From the IMG/VR virus record IMGVR_UViG_3300046820_001050, positions 34,650 to 98,649 of that record: DNA of 64,000 nucleotides; one strand, given 5' to 3'. The position numbers and the translations under genes were made by a program. The stretch is from a virus. The notes beneath the pieces are model-generated. The model saw nothing but the letters and a program-made list of their open reading frames with translations. It had not been told where the DNA came from and ran no database searches. Numbering within the stretch: position 1 is the stretch's first letter; every line of letters starts with the position of its first letter. This document shows, one piece after another, positions 26,491 through 39,000 of the stretch.

Positions 26491-27608
26491 TATAGAACAT
26501 CCATCCCAAACCTAAACTCAATATGATTAGTTGTATTAGCAGTCTTAGTAATCGTCTCTGCATTTTTATTTTTAATGACTGAGTATCCTGTTAAACCATA
26601 GACTGGGTTTGAAGATGTAGTATTTTCTAATCGCAACGCATCTAAGCATACGTAGTAATCATTTGATACTGCGCCATTCTTAATTACTGCAACATAAAAC
26701 TTTACAACATCAACTACGCTCCAAGTAAAACCATTGCTCTTGTATAAATCTTGGAATGACTTCTGTGAAACAAAATATCTGTTAGTTGCAAAATCTATAC
26801 CAGCATCAGACTCTTTAACTACTGTCTCAAACCTTGCCCATTCTCCAGTTCCATGAACATCAGACTCTGCAAACTCTATCATTATTCTAACCTCATCTGG
26901 CTGAACATTTGATTCTCCGTCTTTGTTGACTACAGAAAATGCAAGTCTGAGATCATCTGTTGGTGCATTCTTATTAAAGTCAAGTGCTGCGCCAGTAAGG
27001 TGTATATGCTTTGAGGCAGGTGGAACAACTAAATGGCCACCAGATACAGAAAGATTTGTCATATCTCCTCTTATAACCATAATGTTATTTAAGAATCTGC
27101 ATCTTTCATACCTGTTCACACGTTCTTGGTTTGTAAAAATCTTGTTGTTTGCATTTGTTTGAAACACTTGATCCGTAATATTGATAATGTTGTCGTCTGA
27201 ATCTAACGGTGTATAGTATACGGGAATCGCTGTTGCTGTTGTTGTTCCATGGTATTCCCAGTTTTCATTTGAAGTAAATGAATAAATGTTCTTGCTATCA
27301 TATGCTCCTGCTGTTGGATTTGATCCCGCAGACCAAACACCAACCTCTGTAATCTCATATCTTTCTGCCGTAGGAAGTTCTGCAGTAAAGACTATCTTTG
27401 ACTGTCCGCCCTCTGTAACATAGCCACGAGATGTAATTGGCACACGAAACATTTCAAAATCTAATGCTTGTTTGCCTGAGTAGTCTCCAAGAGTTGCGTC
27501 TGTGTTTAGTGGCTTTGCTCCACAGCCTATGGCAATATATGAAGCATATGCAGGTGCTTGACCTACAAGATACTTTGCCAGAATGTTCTTACCTGTATTA
27601 GTTATCAT
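26490..27608 (-). CDS. Tail/baseplate protein
   Basis: MITNTGK..LA...YIAIG and EITEVG pattern typical of tail-fibre attachment/baseplate proteins. Confidence 0.6.
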   Translation of the reverse strand: MITNTGKNILAKYLVGQAPAYASYIAIGCGAKPLNTDATLGDYSGKQALDFEMFRVPITSRGYVTEGGQSKIVFTAELPTAERYEITEVGVWSAGSNPTAGAYDSKNIYSFTSNENWEYHGTTTATAIPVYYTPLDSDDNIINITDQVFQTNANNKIFTNQERVNRYERCRFLNNIMVIRGDMTNLSVSGGHLVVPPASKHIHLTGAALDFNKNAPTDDLRLAFSVVNKDGESNVQPDEVRIMIEFAESDVHGTGEWARFETVVKESDAGIDFATNRYFVSQKSFQDLYKSNGFTWSVVDVVKFYVAVIKNGAVSNDYYVCLDALRLENTTSSNPVYGLTGYSVIKNKNAETITKTANTTNHIEFRFGMDVL

Positions 27609-27611
27609 TTT

Positions 27612-28106
27612 TTATACCGCCCCATATATTGTACCATTAAGTATCTCACCGTTGTTTACTATTTGAACCTCTATTTGCTCATCTGAATCAAGGTTAGTTA
27701 CATTGATTACCAAGTCACCTGTTGCTTGATCTATATAGACTATCTGTCCAGCAGGTCCTGAGCCTACTGATGGTATCTTGTTCTCAAGTCTAATTGGAAA
27801 GTTCTTAAAATAAGTATCTGCTGTGTTCTCAAGTTTAATTATATTGTTAGGGTTGTATTCTAAGTAAAGGCTTTGCAGGTTTTTAATTGGGCTATACAAA
27901 ACATCCTGTCCATTAATGATGTCATTTCTTGATATGTTAATTAATTCTTGGCCTCCTATATTTTCAAATATAAGATCTGACATAATATCAATTTCAAGTG
28001 GTGGGTTGCTAAGAGCAATCAAGGAAGGAGTTGCAACCTTAACCGCTGGATTAACTACTGGCTTTGCCTGGGACGCTGGTTGATTTGCTACTGAATCAGT
28101 TGCCAT
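27612..28106 (-). CDS. Putative tail structural protein
   Basis: Coupled to the large tail gene. Confidence 0.55.
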   Translation of the reverse strand: MATDSVANQPASQAKPVVNPAVKVATPSLIALSNPPLEIDIMSDLIFENIGGQELINISRNDIINGQDVLYSPIKNLQSLYLEYNPNNIIKLENTADTYFKNFPIRLENKIPSVGSGPAGQIVYIDQATGDLVINVTNLDSDEQIEVQIVNNGEILNGTIYGAV

Positions 28107-31100
28107 TAAACTACCTCACTTAAAAATAATGTCATTTCTGGACCATCTTTTTCTTTAGAATATTCTATATTATATACCACAAACCTTGCGTCTTTAGATC
28201 CGATCTTATCTATTTGATTTTCAACGTAGTCAACAGATACAATGTCTCCAAGTTGAATCATTGGGTTTGCAAAAACCTTAACGCCTATAGACTTTCTTGG
28301 CTTCATTATTTTTTTAATTACCCAAGCCAAAAGGTTTTCTGCGTCATCGTGTGACTGAATATATGGAGCCTCTAATGAAAAATCCTTTTTGCCATAAGTC
28401 ATGCGACTTAATTTTATGTCCTCATAATCTTTTGCAATTTTATTAGGATATGATACTAGCGAATTACCAACAAACTGTGGGTCTGCTAAATTGCTATTCT
28501 TTGAAAAGTATTCGTCAACAGTAAGATCGTTGTTTGATTGCTGAGTAAATGTAATGCCTTGAATTCTTAGATAGTTTCCGCTTGTCTCATCAAGGCTGAG
28601 TGCTGTGTCTGTAGAATTAAATATTAAAAATTCTGCTCCATATGCCCCTGCTCTAAATCCTGAAATAGCATAACCCTTTAATCTATTAAATGTTGGAGAT
28701 AACTTTGCATACAAAGCAGGATATGCCTTGTCATATTTAAAATTAAATGATGCTGCTTCTCTCATTATTGTTCCAAACTCTTCAAAGTACATGCTAAACT
28801 TTGGAGGCTCAGCAGAACTAATACCAGTAAGATAGGTTGATTGAACTGCACCTGACATGGCGTATTTCATAAATGAATCGTTTGCATTTATTTCAGAATC
28901 TCCAAATGCTGAACTAATCGGTGCATCAATTTGAAACGCTGTATTTTGTGAATAGTTGTTTGCCAATGCATAGATATTTTCAAACATAACTCTTGAAGAT
29001 CCACGAACAAACAATGACATATTGTTATATATTGGAAGCGGGTCAGTGTCATCTATTGTAGCGATTAGGTTATTGTTTAGATACAGAAAGAACCTTCTGC
29101 GTGAGCCTATCTCTTGATACTCAACTGCTAAGTCATATACTGTTGGGTTTTCTTCTGCAGCCATTCTGTACTGTCCCGTGAATTTTCCATCGTCTACAAT
29201 TATGTTTGTAAGTCCTTCATACAGTTTTACTGGCACTGCAGATGTAGTTGCTGTTCCAGTAGTAGCAGCCTTTAGTTTATAGAATATAACATTATGAACA
29301 TTGTCTTGCTCAGAATTATTAAGGTTGTTTGCTCCCAGCGCAATGATTTCAAAATAGTATCCGTTGTTTGTTTCTGGGTTTATCATAACACCAAGACCAC
29401 CTGAGCCACCAACAATGCTTATGTTCTTGTCTGGAGTAGTTCCTGGAACAGTGTAGTAAGTAGATCCACCTACTGGTGTCTGACCACGATTAATATCATT
29501 TTCAATTTTACCAACAATTCTCATTCTAGTTCCAAAGTGCTTATACTTATTTGCTAATGGCTTATACACATATGATATAAAATCAATTGGTGACTCTGTT
29601 GTTGTAAACCCTGGACCATTCATAATCAAAGCAGAAGACTGGACTGTTCCAGTTTGTGTTGAAAGCATTGCATTAATACTTGTCTCTGCAATATACTTTG
29701 ATGAAAGAAAGTTTTTAATAATACCGTTTCTTGTTGTTTTCTGTGCAAGAGTGTTGCTTAGGCCTGCTGCAAAAACCCTTGTGTCTGGCAATGTTTGATC
29801 TGATTTAAATAAATACTTTGACTCCATTGTGCATCCACGAACATTTGCGTTATCTGACCAGTATGGATTTAGACCAGCAGTATGCAATGTTACTGGAGTT
29901 CCAAACTGTCCTCTTCCATGCTTTGCAACAGGACCATTTTTTAATTTTATAATTCCAGAAACTTCTTCATAGTTTGGCTCAGCGTATATTCTTACTAAGC
30001 CCGTTGGATAAATCTTTCCGTTAAAAGGAAGAGATGAAAAGTACTTATCATATTCCTGAACATTGTTAATCCAAACATCTCCATTACCAGAAATATTATA
30101 TTGAACAGCATCATACTTTATAATCTCTCCATTAGAATAAAAGTATCCATTGTATCTTGTTATCCAGTAAACGCCCTCTCCTAAATCCATAACATTATTA
30201 ACAACTACGTTATTAGAAACATTTGGAACTGTGGCAGAAAGATTAGAATTTAATGGTATTGCGCTTAGCATGTATGTAGACTGGTTTCCAATCTCTCCAT
30301 TAGTAGACTTGGTATTTTCTGTACCTGCAACTTCCCATAAAAGAACTGGTTTATAAATCCAAGTCTTTTCATTATCAATTAGGTTTGCCTGCTTTATGCT
30401 TCCAATAGATCTTTGAATATGTCTTGTTGTATAAACAATCTTTCCATCATTGTAAACATCGTTGTCCTCAGATGTTACCTCTAAAATATTTGCAAGTTTT
30501 GTTTTTGTTCTTTCGTTTTTAACTACTCCAGAATCTTGTGAATCAGAAGATCCGTAAAGAACTATGTCTGTTGGTCTTTGCGCTAATGATGGCATTATAT
30601 AGTTTTTACTCATCATTACAAAATTATTGTACTCGTCAAAAAACATGGCTGTTTGTGTTGAGATTGCTATATCTTCTAATATCTCAGCAACAGTCTTTTC
30701 TGGTGGTATAAAGAAATATGGAATAATTGTTTCTGATTCTCCGTCTACCCTTTTAAATACATAGTTTGAAAATCCTATAGAGTCTAAAAGAAGTGAAACG
30801 GCTGCGCTAACAGATGTGTTTGTTGAAAGAATTTCTGGGGCAGTTTGAGATTCAAAGTAGAAATATAAATCTCTTAGTTCAATAGATACCTGCTTTGAAT
30901 CATTTGATGTTTTTGGAAATCCATCTGAGTACATGGTTTTGATTGGAACGTAGTAGTCAACGCCTGCAACATCCACAATTATCTCGTAAAGTTTTACCTG
31001 TATATTTTTTGATACATACTTTCCAATAATACTGTTTGTGTTGTTTGCATTAAAGGCATCGTCAAAATCAAAGAGTTCAAGTTTACCAGTAGATGCAAGT

Positions 31101-32386
31101 AGTTGTCCAACAGGAAGTCCACTTGCACCAAGGTCTGATGCGCTTTTGTTAACTGAAAAACTCAATACCCTATCTGAAATATCTGCTGATAGTCTAGAAG
31201 ACATTTCAATTAAATCAAATGTTGAGTCAAACTTATTCATGCTTTCAACCACGATTCTAATTCCAGAAATATATTCAAACTCTTTATATTTTTTAGCAGT
31301 ACCAGAGTTGTAGTATTTTGGAGATGTTAAATCAGTTACAAAGTTTGTTAGACTGTCTACAGAACTTTCTTCAAGTTTCCAACCATATGTTGGAGTAAAA
31401 GTTTTCCATTCAGAATCGTACCAGATATAATACGTACCAAGTTCCCCATCATTTTGTATTACTAAAAATGAATGTCCTTCTTCTGCAGTATCTGGTCTAA
31501 GAGTTACAGAAGGTAGTTCTCCTTTAAAAATAAATATATCTGAATATAACTTAGGAACTATGAGGCCATAGGAAAGTTCAACATATCCGTCAGACTTGAT
31601 GATGTCTGTTCCATCTTTTCTTTTATCTTTGTCTGTAAACGATACAGCATCTACCCAGTTGTTATTCTTTAAAACCTGAATCTTCCATCTATCTGGAGTT
31701 GTTTTATTTGTATCACCAAAGTATGGATCTAAAAATGTATCTGCTGAGTTTGAAAATGTTCCATAATCAAGTTCTCCAACATTAGTTTGCATCTTTACAA
31801 TAACTCTATTTGCTGGCACTTGCTGCTTGTACACAACAAATGGGGCAGTGTCTTCTATTCTGTGTCTTCCATTTATAGTCTTATTTGCAACACCATACTC
31901 AATTTTATTTTCAGTTCTAAAAGATGTCCAGTATTTAAATGGGTCATTCTTGTCTGGCATATAGTATCTTGGTCTTTTTGCCATATTAATATTTGGGTTG
32001 TGCAAGTATCTACCGTTTAAATATGTTGCTTTATTAATTCCAGATCTTGGTCTTTGAGGTTTTAAACAATCTTCCAAAGAGTAAAGCATCTTTAACTTTT
32101 CTTTATAAGCAGTAAGAGTCGTTGGCTCTCCATTATCATCAAAGCCACCATCAATTTTTACATCTGCATCTGTTGCTCCAGTGTAATAGTTTCCAGCATC
32201 TGCTTGATCAAAGGTGTTTGGAATTCCTCTATATGGAGAATCTTGGCTGGTTGGTCTATATCTATAGTTTCCAACAGTAGAGATGTTTGATGGTATGTTC
32301 ATGTTCCATTCAACTACAACTGCAGATTGTGTTTTTACAGAAGAACTTGTCTCTAAATGATTTTGTAATTCTTTACCCTGAAACAT
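28106..32386 (-). CDS. Large tail-tip/hub protein
   Basis: About 1426 aa, second gene after the TMP; C-terminal IQLGDIVSV hub-like motif; likely start MFQGK at 32386. Confidence 0.7.
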   Translation of the reverse strand: MFQGKELQNHLETSSSVKTQSAVVVEWNMNIPSNISTVGNYRYRPTSQDSPYRGIPNTFDQADAGNYYTGATDADVKIDGGFDDNGEPTTLTAYKEKLKMLYSLEDCLKPQRPRSGINKATYLNGRYLHNPNINMAKRPRYYMPDKNDPFKYWTSFRTENKIEYGVANKTINGRHRIEDTAPFVVYKQQVPANRVIVKMQTNVGELDYGTFSNSADTFLDPYFGDTNKTTPDRWKIQVLKNNNWVDAVSFTDKDKRKDGTDIIKSDGYVELSYGLIVPKLYSDIFIFKGELPSVTLRPDTAEEGHSFLVIQNDGELGTYYIWYDSEWKTFTPTYGWKLEESSVDSLTNFVTDLTSPKYYNSGTAKKYKEFEYISGIRIVVESMNKFDSTFDLIEMSSRLSADISDRVLSFSVNKSASDLGASGLPVGQLLASTGKLELFDFDDAFNANNTNSIIGKYVSKNIQVKLYEIIVDVAGVDYYVPIKTMYSDGFPKTSNDSKQVSIELRDLYFYFESQTAPEILSTNTSVSAAVSLLLDSIGFSNYVFKRVDGESETIIPYFFIPPEKTVAEILEDIAISTQTAMFFDEYNNFVMMSKNYIMPSLAQRPTDIVLYGSSDSQDSGVVKNERTKTKLANILEVTSEDNDVYNDGKIVYTTRHIQRSIGSIKQANLIDNEKTWIYKPVLLWEVAGTENTKSTNGEIGNQSTYMLSAIPLNSNLSATVPNVSNNVVVNNVMDLGEGVYWITRYNGYFYSNGEIIKYDAVQYNISGNGDVWINNVQEYDKYFSSLPFNGKIYPTGLVRIYAEPNYEEVSGIIKLKNGPVAKHGRGQFGTPVTLHTAGLNPYWSDNANVRGCTMESKYLFKSDQTLPDTRVFAAGLSNTLAQKTTRNGIIKNFLSSKYIAETSINAMLSTQTGTVQSSALIMNGPGFTTTESPIDFISYVYKPLANKYKHFGTRMRIVGKIENDINRGQTPVGGSTYYTVPGTTPDKNISIVGGSGGLGVMINPETNNGYYFEIIALGANNLNNSEQDNVHNVIFYKLKAATTGTATTSAVPVKLYEGLTNIIVDDGKFTGQYRMAAEENPTVYDLAVEYQEIGSRRRFFLYLNNNLIATIDDTDPLPIYNNMSLFVRGSSRVMFENIYALANNYSQNTAFQIDAPISSAFGDSEINANDSFMKYAMSGAVQSTYLTGISSAEPPKFSMYFEEFGTIMREAASFNFKYDKAYPALYAKLSPTFNRLKGYAISGFRAGAYGAEFLIFNSTDTALSLDETSGNYLRIQGITFTQQSNNDLTVDEYFSKNSNLADPQFVGNSLVSYPNKIAKDYEDIKLSRMTYGKKDFSLEAPYIQSHDDAENLLAWVIKKIMKPRKSIGVKVFANPMIQLGDIVSVDYVENQIDKIGSKDARFVVYNIEYSKEKDGPEMTLFLSEVV

Positions 32387-33042
32387 TACGCCTCTTCCAG
32401 TGTTAGGGCGACATTCCAAAAGTCAAAGTTAAGACCGCTTCTTTTTACAACAGAATACTTAAAGTCTGAGAAAAATACTTCTACAATCTCATTATACTTA
32501 TTTATATTATTAAACCTGTTGTCTGCTTCAGTTAAATCTGTATCTTCAAAGTTTGTGTACTTATCATAAGCCAAGTAAACCCAAAAAGATCCTTTATGGT
32601 TTTCATACCAGTCAAGCAGTTCTACTCCGCCTGCTCCACCATCTGTAGTAAATTCTAATGGCTTTGGTCTTGATGGTGATGATTCCATGTCTGCATTTCC
32701 ACTGGTATTAAAGTCTGCCTTGGTGTCATATGCTCTTGATGGCAGCATATCCCAAGAAACAGATATGTTTAATTTATCTGCAATGTGGTATGACCTCATA
32801 CGTCCATTGATCATTCTTTCACGTTTTTCAATTCTAACGGGAGTAAAGTCTATCTCTGATCTATTATCATCAGAGAGTATTAGAAAGTCTCTAGTATTGG
32901 CTGCAGAGCCTGCATATGCCCCTACCTCGTACCCGTCTGGGACGTAAAAACCATTAACCTTTGTTCCAGGGTTGTCTGCAAATAGCATTGCTTGTGGTCT
33001 TGAATATTTTTTTCTTCCAGACATATATGTATTAGTTGCCAT
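32386..33042 (-). CDS. Distal tail protein-like
   Basis: Directly follows the TMP; RMINGRMR, ends LTLEEA. Confidence 0.6.
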   Translation of the reverse strand: MATNTYMSGRKKYSRPQAMLFADNPGTKVNGFYVPDGYEVGAYAGSAANTRDFLILSDDNRSEIDFTPVRIEKRERMINGRMRSYHIADKLNISVSWDMLPSRAYDTKADFNTSGNADMESSPSRPKPLEFTTDGGAGGVELLDWYENHKGSFWVYLAYDKYTNFEDTDLTEADNRFNNINKYNEIVEVFFSDFKYSVVKRSGLNFDFWNVALTLEEA

Positions 33043-36000
33043 TATAATCTATTCCCCCTGAGTTTTTGTGAATCAATACCCTTTATTTGTGTCATTACAA
33101 CTCTTGCAATTTCATCTGGGTTTGCATCTGATTTTACATTAACACTAATACTATAATTATACACTGAGTCTCCTGCTGATTGGCCACTATTTATTGCTCT
33201 CATTGTGTCTGCACCATGAGACTGAACAGCATATCTACTCATTACAAATTCTCCTGGTGTTAGCATTGCAGGGACTGTGTCTGTTCCAGAAGCATATCCA
33301 CCTTCTGCAAAGTATTTTGGAACTAGTCCGCCCTTAGAAAACATTTGAAGTCCATAAAAACCATTTCCGCTTCCACCCATTGATGCTCCAGAACCAACTA
33401 ATGGCCTTAAACTCTTGTCTACATCCATTGGATTGCTAATGCTCTTTTTAGGCTGTTCTGCTAGTTGATGGAAATAGTCTGAGAAGTTTGCTACCTTGCC
33501 GTTAAATGGAAGACCTGGGATCTCTGTTCCTCCCCATGGATCTTTTCCAGCATCATTAAATATTGGCTTACCTTTAGTATCAAATCCTAATGGTGACTGC
33601 TGATGAAGTCTTTCTAGTTCTCCCCAATACCTTGATGTTGGACTTCCAGTTGGCTTATTGTCTGAATCATATGCAGATTTTGGCTTAGGTGGAAAATATT
33701 CGTCTGCTCTAGCCTCTGATGTCTTGAACAAAGAAAGACCAGTAATTGCAGCAGCAAGTGCTGATGCTTTAGCGATCAGAGACTTGTTGGTTCCAATTTT
33801 TTGAGTGTTATTTAGATTTGGCTCAACGATTTTAGGGATATCTGTTCGTGGAACAAAAACTGTTTTTCCATCTTTTACAACTGCTTTAAGGTCTGGACCA
33901 TCTTTAAACTTTAATCGCATTCCAGGAATATTTCCAACACCCCAATTGGTGTATGCATCTCCATGTCTATATCCAATATATCCATCTCTCATAAGTGATT
34001 GCATAAATGGGTCAGTTGTATCAGCATTTATATTTCCCATATCTCTTGGCTGAGTCCCTGTTGTTTTAATATAATTCTCTTTATATTTTGCCATTTTTGG
34101 TGGATCTATAAATCCTTTACTTGTTAAAACTTTAAACATTGCTTTTGGTGTCAAATCTATACCGTACTGATTATCTCCAAAAGTATTAAAGAATTGTTTA
34201 GAAGTTGCTGGACTAGTTGCACTATACAGGCCTGGCCCATATGCGTTCATTGGTGTTTTTGCTCCATCAAATTTTGATGCTAAGAATCTTTCTAAAGGAG
34301 ATGGAAGATCCTCTATAAGTTTTCCATGTCGATGAATGCCTCTTTTCATTTGAATTAATGCACCAAGTCCGCCAGGAATTGAATCTAATATTGCTTGAGT
34401 CTTGTAGTGCTTTACTAATTCATCTGCATTGTCTCCACCAACATCAGCAATCTGACGAGAAAGAGACATATTTCTTCCAAAGTTTGTTTTTTCGTATTTG
34501 CCTATTAAGAAGTTTGTTGCAGAATCTTTAACTTTATTAAATCTTGAAGTAATTGGGCTTGTAATATCAGAAGCAATATTTTTAAATGCGTTACCATATG
34601 AAGCAGTTTTCTTTCCATTTTCTCCTGAAACCATAGACCTTTGAAGATATGAACGCTCATCTAAAGGAGTGTCTATAAGTCTTTTAGGGTTAAGTGCTTT
34701 TCCTAAATCAGCAACAGTTGGTGCTACCTTTGCTGCCACAAGGCTTCCAAGTTTTGTGCTTAAAAATGAATTATTTATTGTTGGTTCTTTTTCTCCTAGC
34801 CTCCAAGCCTGACTTATTTTAGGGCTAAGATTTTCAAAAAATCTTCTAGGAGAATATACAGCATTTGCTATTTTGTTACGGATTGGGTTCATCCCTTGTA
34901 TTTTCATTCCAAGTCTTGTGTCCCAAGGTTGTTTTGGCATTACCCAATTATCTGAATCCCAACTTCCCCAATCATCCATATTTGATTCTTTTGAAGATAC
35001 TGTATTAGTATTAGTGGTTAGTTTTTCTTCTACCAAACTTGTATTTGGTTTTGTTGTTGTTACAGCATTTGCCTTATTTAGTATTTTATTAAATATATCG
35101 ATACCATTTTTTCCAAGGGATTCTTTTATGGTTTTAGGAATAATGCTACCTAACTTGTTAATTGCTGGCTTTACTGCTTTTAAACCTGGAACTGGTGCAA
35201 CTGCTAAAGCAGCATTTAAATTATCTTTTAGGCTAGACTTTGTTTCTGCACCCATTGCTTTAGCAGCAAACATTTGAGGAATACCGCCATACTTTGCAAT
35301 GTCCAAAGCAGTTTTTGCTATTGATGGAAGTGAAAAGAAGTTAGCAGTTTTTTCCCATATCTTCTTATCAAATAATGATGTTGCTCTTTCATCTTGGGTA
35401 TTGGTGCTTCTAGAGCCCATTGATGACATCCCTAGACCATGTGGTGCACCTACGGTTCCACCAGTTGAGAATCTTTGAACATTTATATCATTTAAGAAGT
35501 CTTGGCCATATTGATCAACTGCAGACTTTCTAACTACAAACTCTCCTGGAGTTAACATTGCAGGTACAGTATCTGTACCCTTTGGTATGAAGCCACCATC
35601 TGCTTGATATAGCATTCCGTACTTTCCTGTTAGACCTCCTCCAGGTTTTGCATTTGGATCAACTTCTGGAAGTGTTGCATCGTATGCCGACTGGATTGCA
35701 GCAAGAGCAATTCCTGCATTTCTAACTCTATACATGTTTCCACTTGCAACGGCTGATTCGTATGCTGCAATTGCTGCATCAAGTGCTTGTACTGTGTTAT
35801 CAAACTTTTCTGCTTCACTTATTGTTGCTTGTGTCTCTTGAGGTGCTACATAGGCTTCTGCGCCTACTCCTCCAATTTGATTCATTGCATTTTGAACTGC
35901 GCCAGGAATTCCATTTGCATATTGAGCCATCTTTGCAAGAATATCTGCCCATGTCATGTTTAATGTCTCTGCTGCTGAAAGTAGTGCTGCTAAGTCTGCT

Positions 36001-39000
36001 GATTGAGCAAGGGCTCGCTTTGTTGCTGCATCCATATCAAGCATTGCATTGATTCTATCCCACTCGTCCCTGGTTTTTCCAAGAACTCTTAGTCCTTCAA
36101 TTTGCTTGTCGATACTATCCTGCAATAATTTATTTGTATAGTTAAGAGCATCAATTCTTTCTTGAAGTGGTTCAATAGAATTTTCTTCAATATTCCAAAT
36201 TTTATCTTCAAGATCTCTAATCTTACGTAATGCGGCTTCACGCAGTTCTTCTTTTTTGTATATTTCATCTTGCTTATCCTGAATCTGCTTTAATATTTCA
36301 AGTCTACGTGGATCAGTTTCCATACGATAAATTGCTTGTGCATTTTGGAATTGTTTTTCACTTATCTGATCCTGAGTCAATCCGCTTTGTGGCCCTACAA
36401 GACTACCAAGTGCATTTTTTCTTGCCTGCTCCAATGCATCTGATTGACCTGATGCAAACTGTGAGGCGCTTGTTGCTCTCATATCTTGTGCTGCTTGGGC
36501 TGCTGCTGAAATATCACCTTGAGTCAAGGCATCAGCAAGACCAAGTTGTTGCTTCTGCTGATCAAGAATATTTTGATTTATTTCTTGAACCTTTGAAAGC
36601 GCTTCTGCTTGCTCGTCGTATCTCTTGTTAACTTCATCTGCTGCATGATTTATAATTTCAAGATCATTTGAAAGCATTGTATTTTCATCTTGAATCTTCT
36701 TTATTGCACGGTCACCAAAGAAAGGATTCATTTCTAGATCACGGTTTAGGTCATTAATCTCTTCGTTTAAATCTTCTATTGGTCTTGTGTATGATTCTTC
36801 AATTACTCTTTGACCATCTTCAATTTCATCATTTAGTTCTGCAATTCTTCTTTGGAATGGAGCAATCTGTCCTTCAAGATCTCTGATTTGTCTTTGATTG
36901 CCCTTTAGTTGCATTGCCTCTGGGCCTGTACGAATAAGTGCTTCCTGTGCTGCAAAGAGTTCGTCTACAACTTCTCTTCCCTTATCGCTGGCTTCTTTAA
37001 GTGCTCCCTTGTTAAGCAAAATCTGAATATCAATAATTTTTCTTGCTTCAATGTTATTTAGAGTCTCTGCAATTTCTTTAGCCTCTAACTTTCCATCCTT
37101 CAAATCTTCTACTAAGAATTTTGCTAACTCTGGGTCTCCAAGAACTGCATCAATCTGATCTGTGCTATACCCAAGTTCCTTCATCTTAGAAACTAGTTCT
37201 GGCATTTTTGCATAAAGACCAAACTCCTCGTTTGCCTTTATTGCTTTATTTAAAACTGCTTGGCGCTCAAGTTCTGTATTTGCTGTCTTTATATTATTAA
37301 TATATGTTTGCCATGCTGGTGATGATGTATCTATTGCTCCCGCTGCAATTGCTGCTGCTTGACCTGTGTCTGCAACAACCTCTAATGCTTTTGCTGCAGA
37401 TAGTCCGCTACCAACAAGAATAGCATATGCCTTAGTTTGATTCTCTATATCCTTTATTATTGTTGCATTAGCAATGTCAAAGTTACCAAGGTCTTTTGCT
37501 TTGATTGCTTTGTCTGTTGCTTCGCCAAGTGGACCAAGACCAGATATTGAATCCTTTGATCTTGGCTTTCCTTTTTCAAAGGTAAACATAGCCTTATCTT
37601 TTGGTAGTGCTGCAACCTTTGCAAAATCTTCTGCAGACATAGATGCAACAGCATCTCTTAGTTCTTGACCAACACCAAGTTTTAGAAGCCTATGTTGTAT
37701 ACCATCAAATAAAGTAAAAGCATTCTTCTTTGTTTTATTATCTTTTAATAATTCTAGTAATGATTTTACTGGTGTGAGGGCATTAAATGCATTGTCTCTT
37801 ACATTCTTTAAAGCCATTGCCAATGGTGCTAAGAATGCTAGTGGATCATTTCCTGCTCCGCTGCCACCACCTGAATCTGCATTGCCTGAAGAGTTAACAA
37901 CAACCTCTCCATTTTCACCAATATAAGTTTTTGTGCTTGCAGCAACTCGGTCAACAAGTGTTTCATCTGCATTTTTTGCATTATACATAAGCGATGTTAA
38001 GTGGCCTGTAGCAGTTGTATCTCCGCCTGTAGCCTTTTGTGCATACTTGCTATAAAATGCCAACCTGGATGCTTCATCAGCAAACACTGTTTCCATTATA
38101 GTTTTAAATTTAGAGACTGCTTCTTTTTGTGCAAAGTCTGGAAGTTTATCAAAGTCTTTCCATTTGCTAAATAATACTTCAAGGTTGCTTTCTGTCATAC
38201 CCTTCATACCCTTGCCCTTGCCATTAACAAAGTAATCAAGGATAATAGCCTTATCTATTTTCTTTGGCATTCCATCAATTGTTTTTAAATCTTGAGAAAG
38301 TTTGACAAGCATATCATAACCAATTGGTTTGCCATCAGAATCTTTCATGCTAAGGAATGCTTCCATATTAATTTCATGACCGTCTAATACTCTTAGAACT
38401 GCCAGGGTTTCACCTATTTCATTAAATGTTTTTTTATCACTATTAATAATTTTTGTAGAAATCGTGGCTGCAGCATCGCCATCTTTAAACGCTGAAAAGT
38501 ATTCTAAAATTTCTATAGTTGGTCCAGCACCCTGTCTTTGCATTCCAACCTTTAGTGTTTGACTAAGTTCTGGTAATTTTCCTTCAAACATAAGTAAGAA
38601 GGTGTCCATTTGGTCTGGATTTAAAACCTTGTTTGCTAGAAGAAGCGACATGTCAACTTCAAAATCTTGAGCAGCCATTTGGGTCTTAAATCCTCCCTTT
38701 GTTGCATTTCCGTCACCTAATTTCAAGGTCTTGTCGCTTAACTTAGCCAATTTTTCAAGGGTTGTTCCTACTGATGTTTCAAATCCTGTACCTTTATAGG
38801 TATCTTTAACTTTAGATTTTAGGGAAGAAAAGTAGGCGGTTTCTTTTTTGTTTGATTTAAAACTATCTACATTCTGAATATTGTCTTTAAATCTTTTCTT
38901 TTCTCTGTCCATTTGAACAACGACTGCATTATTTGCAACCACCATATCGTCTGCCATTTTTTCTTCTAATCCAGCAATCTTTTCTTTTATTTTTAAAAGT

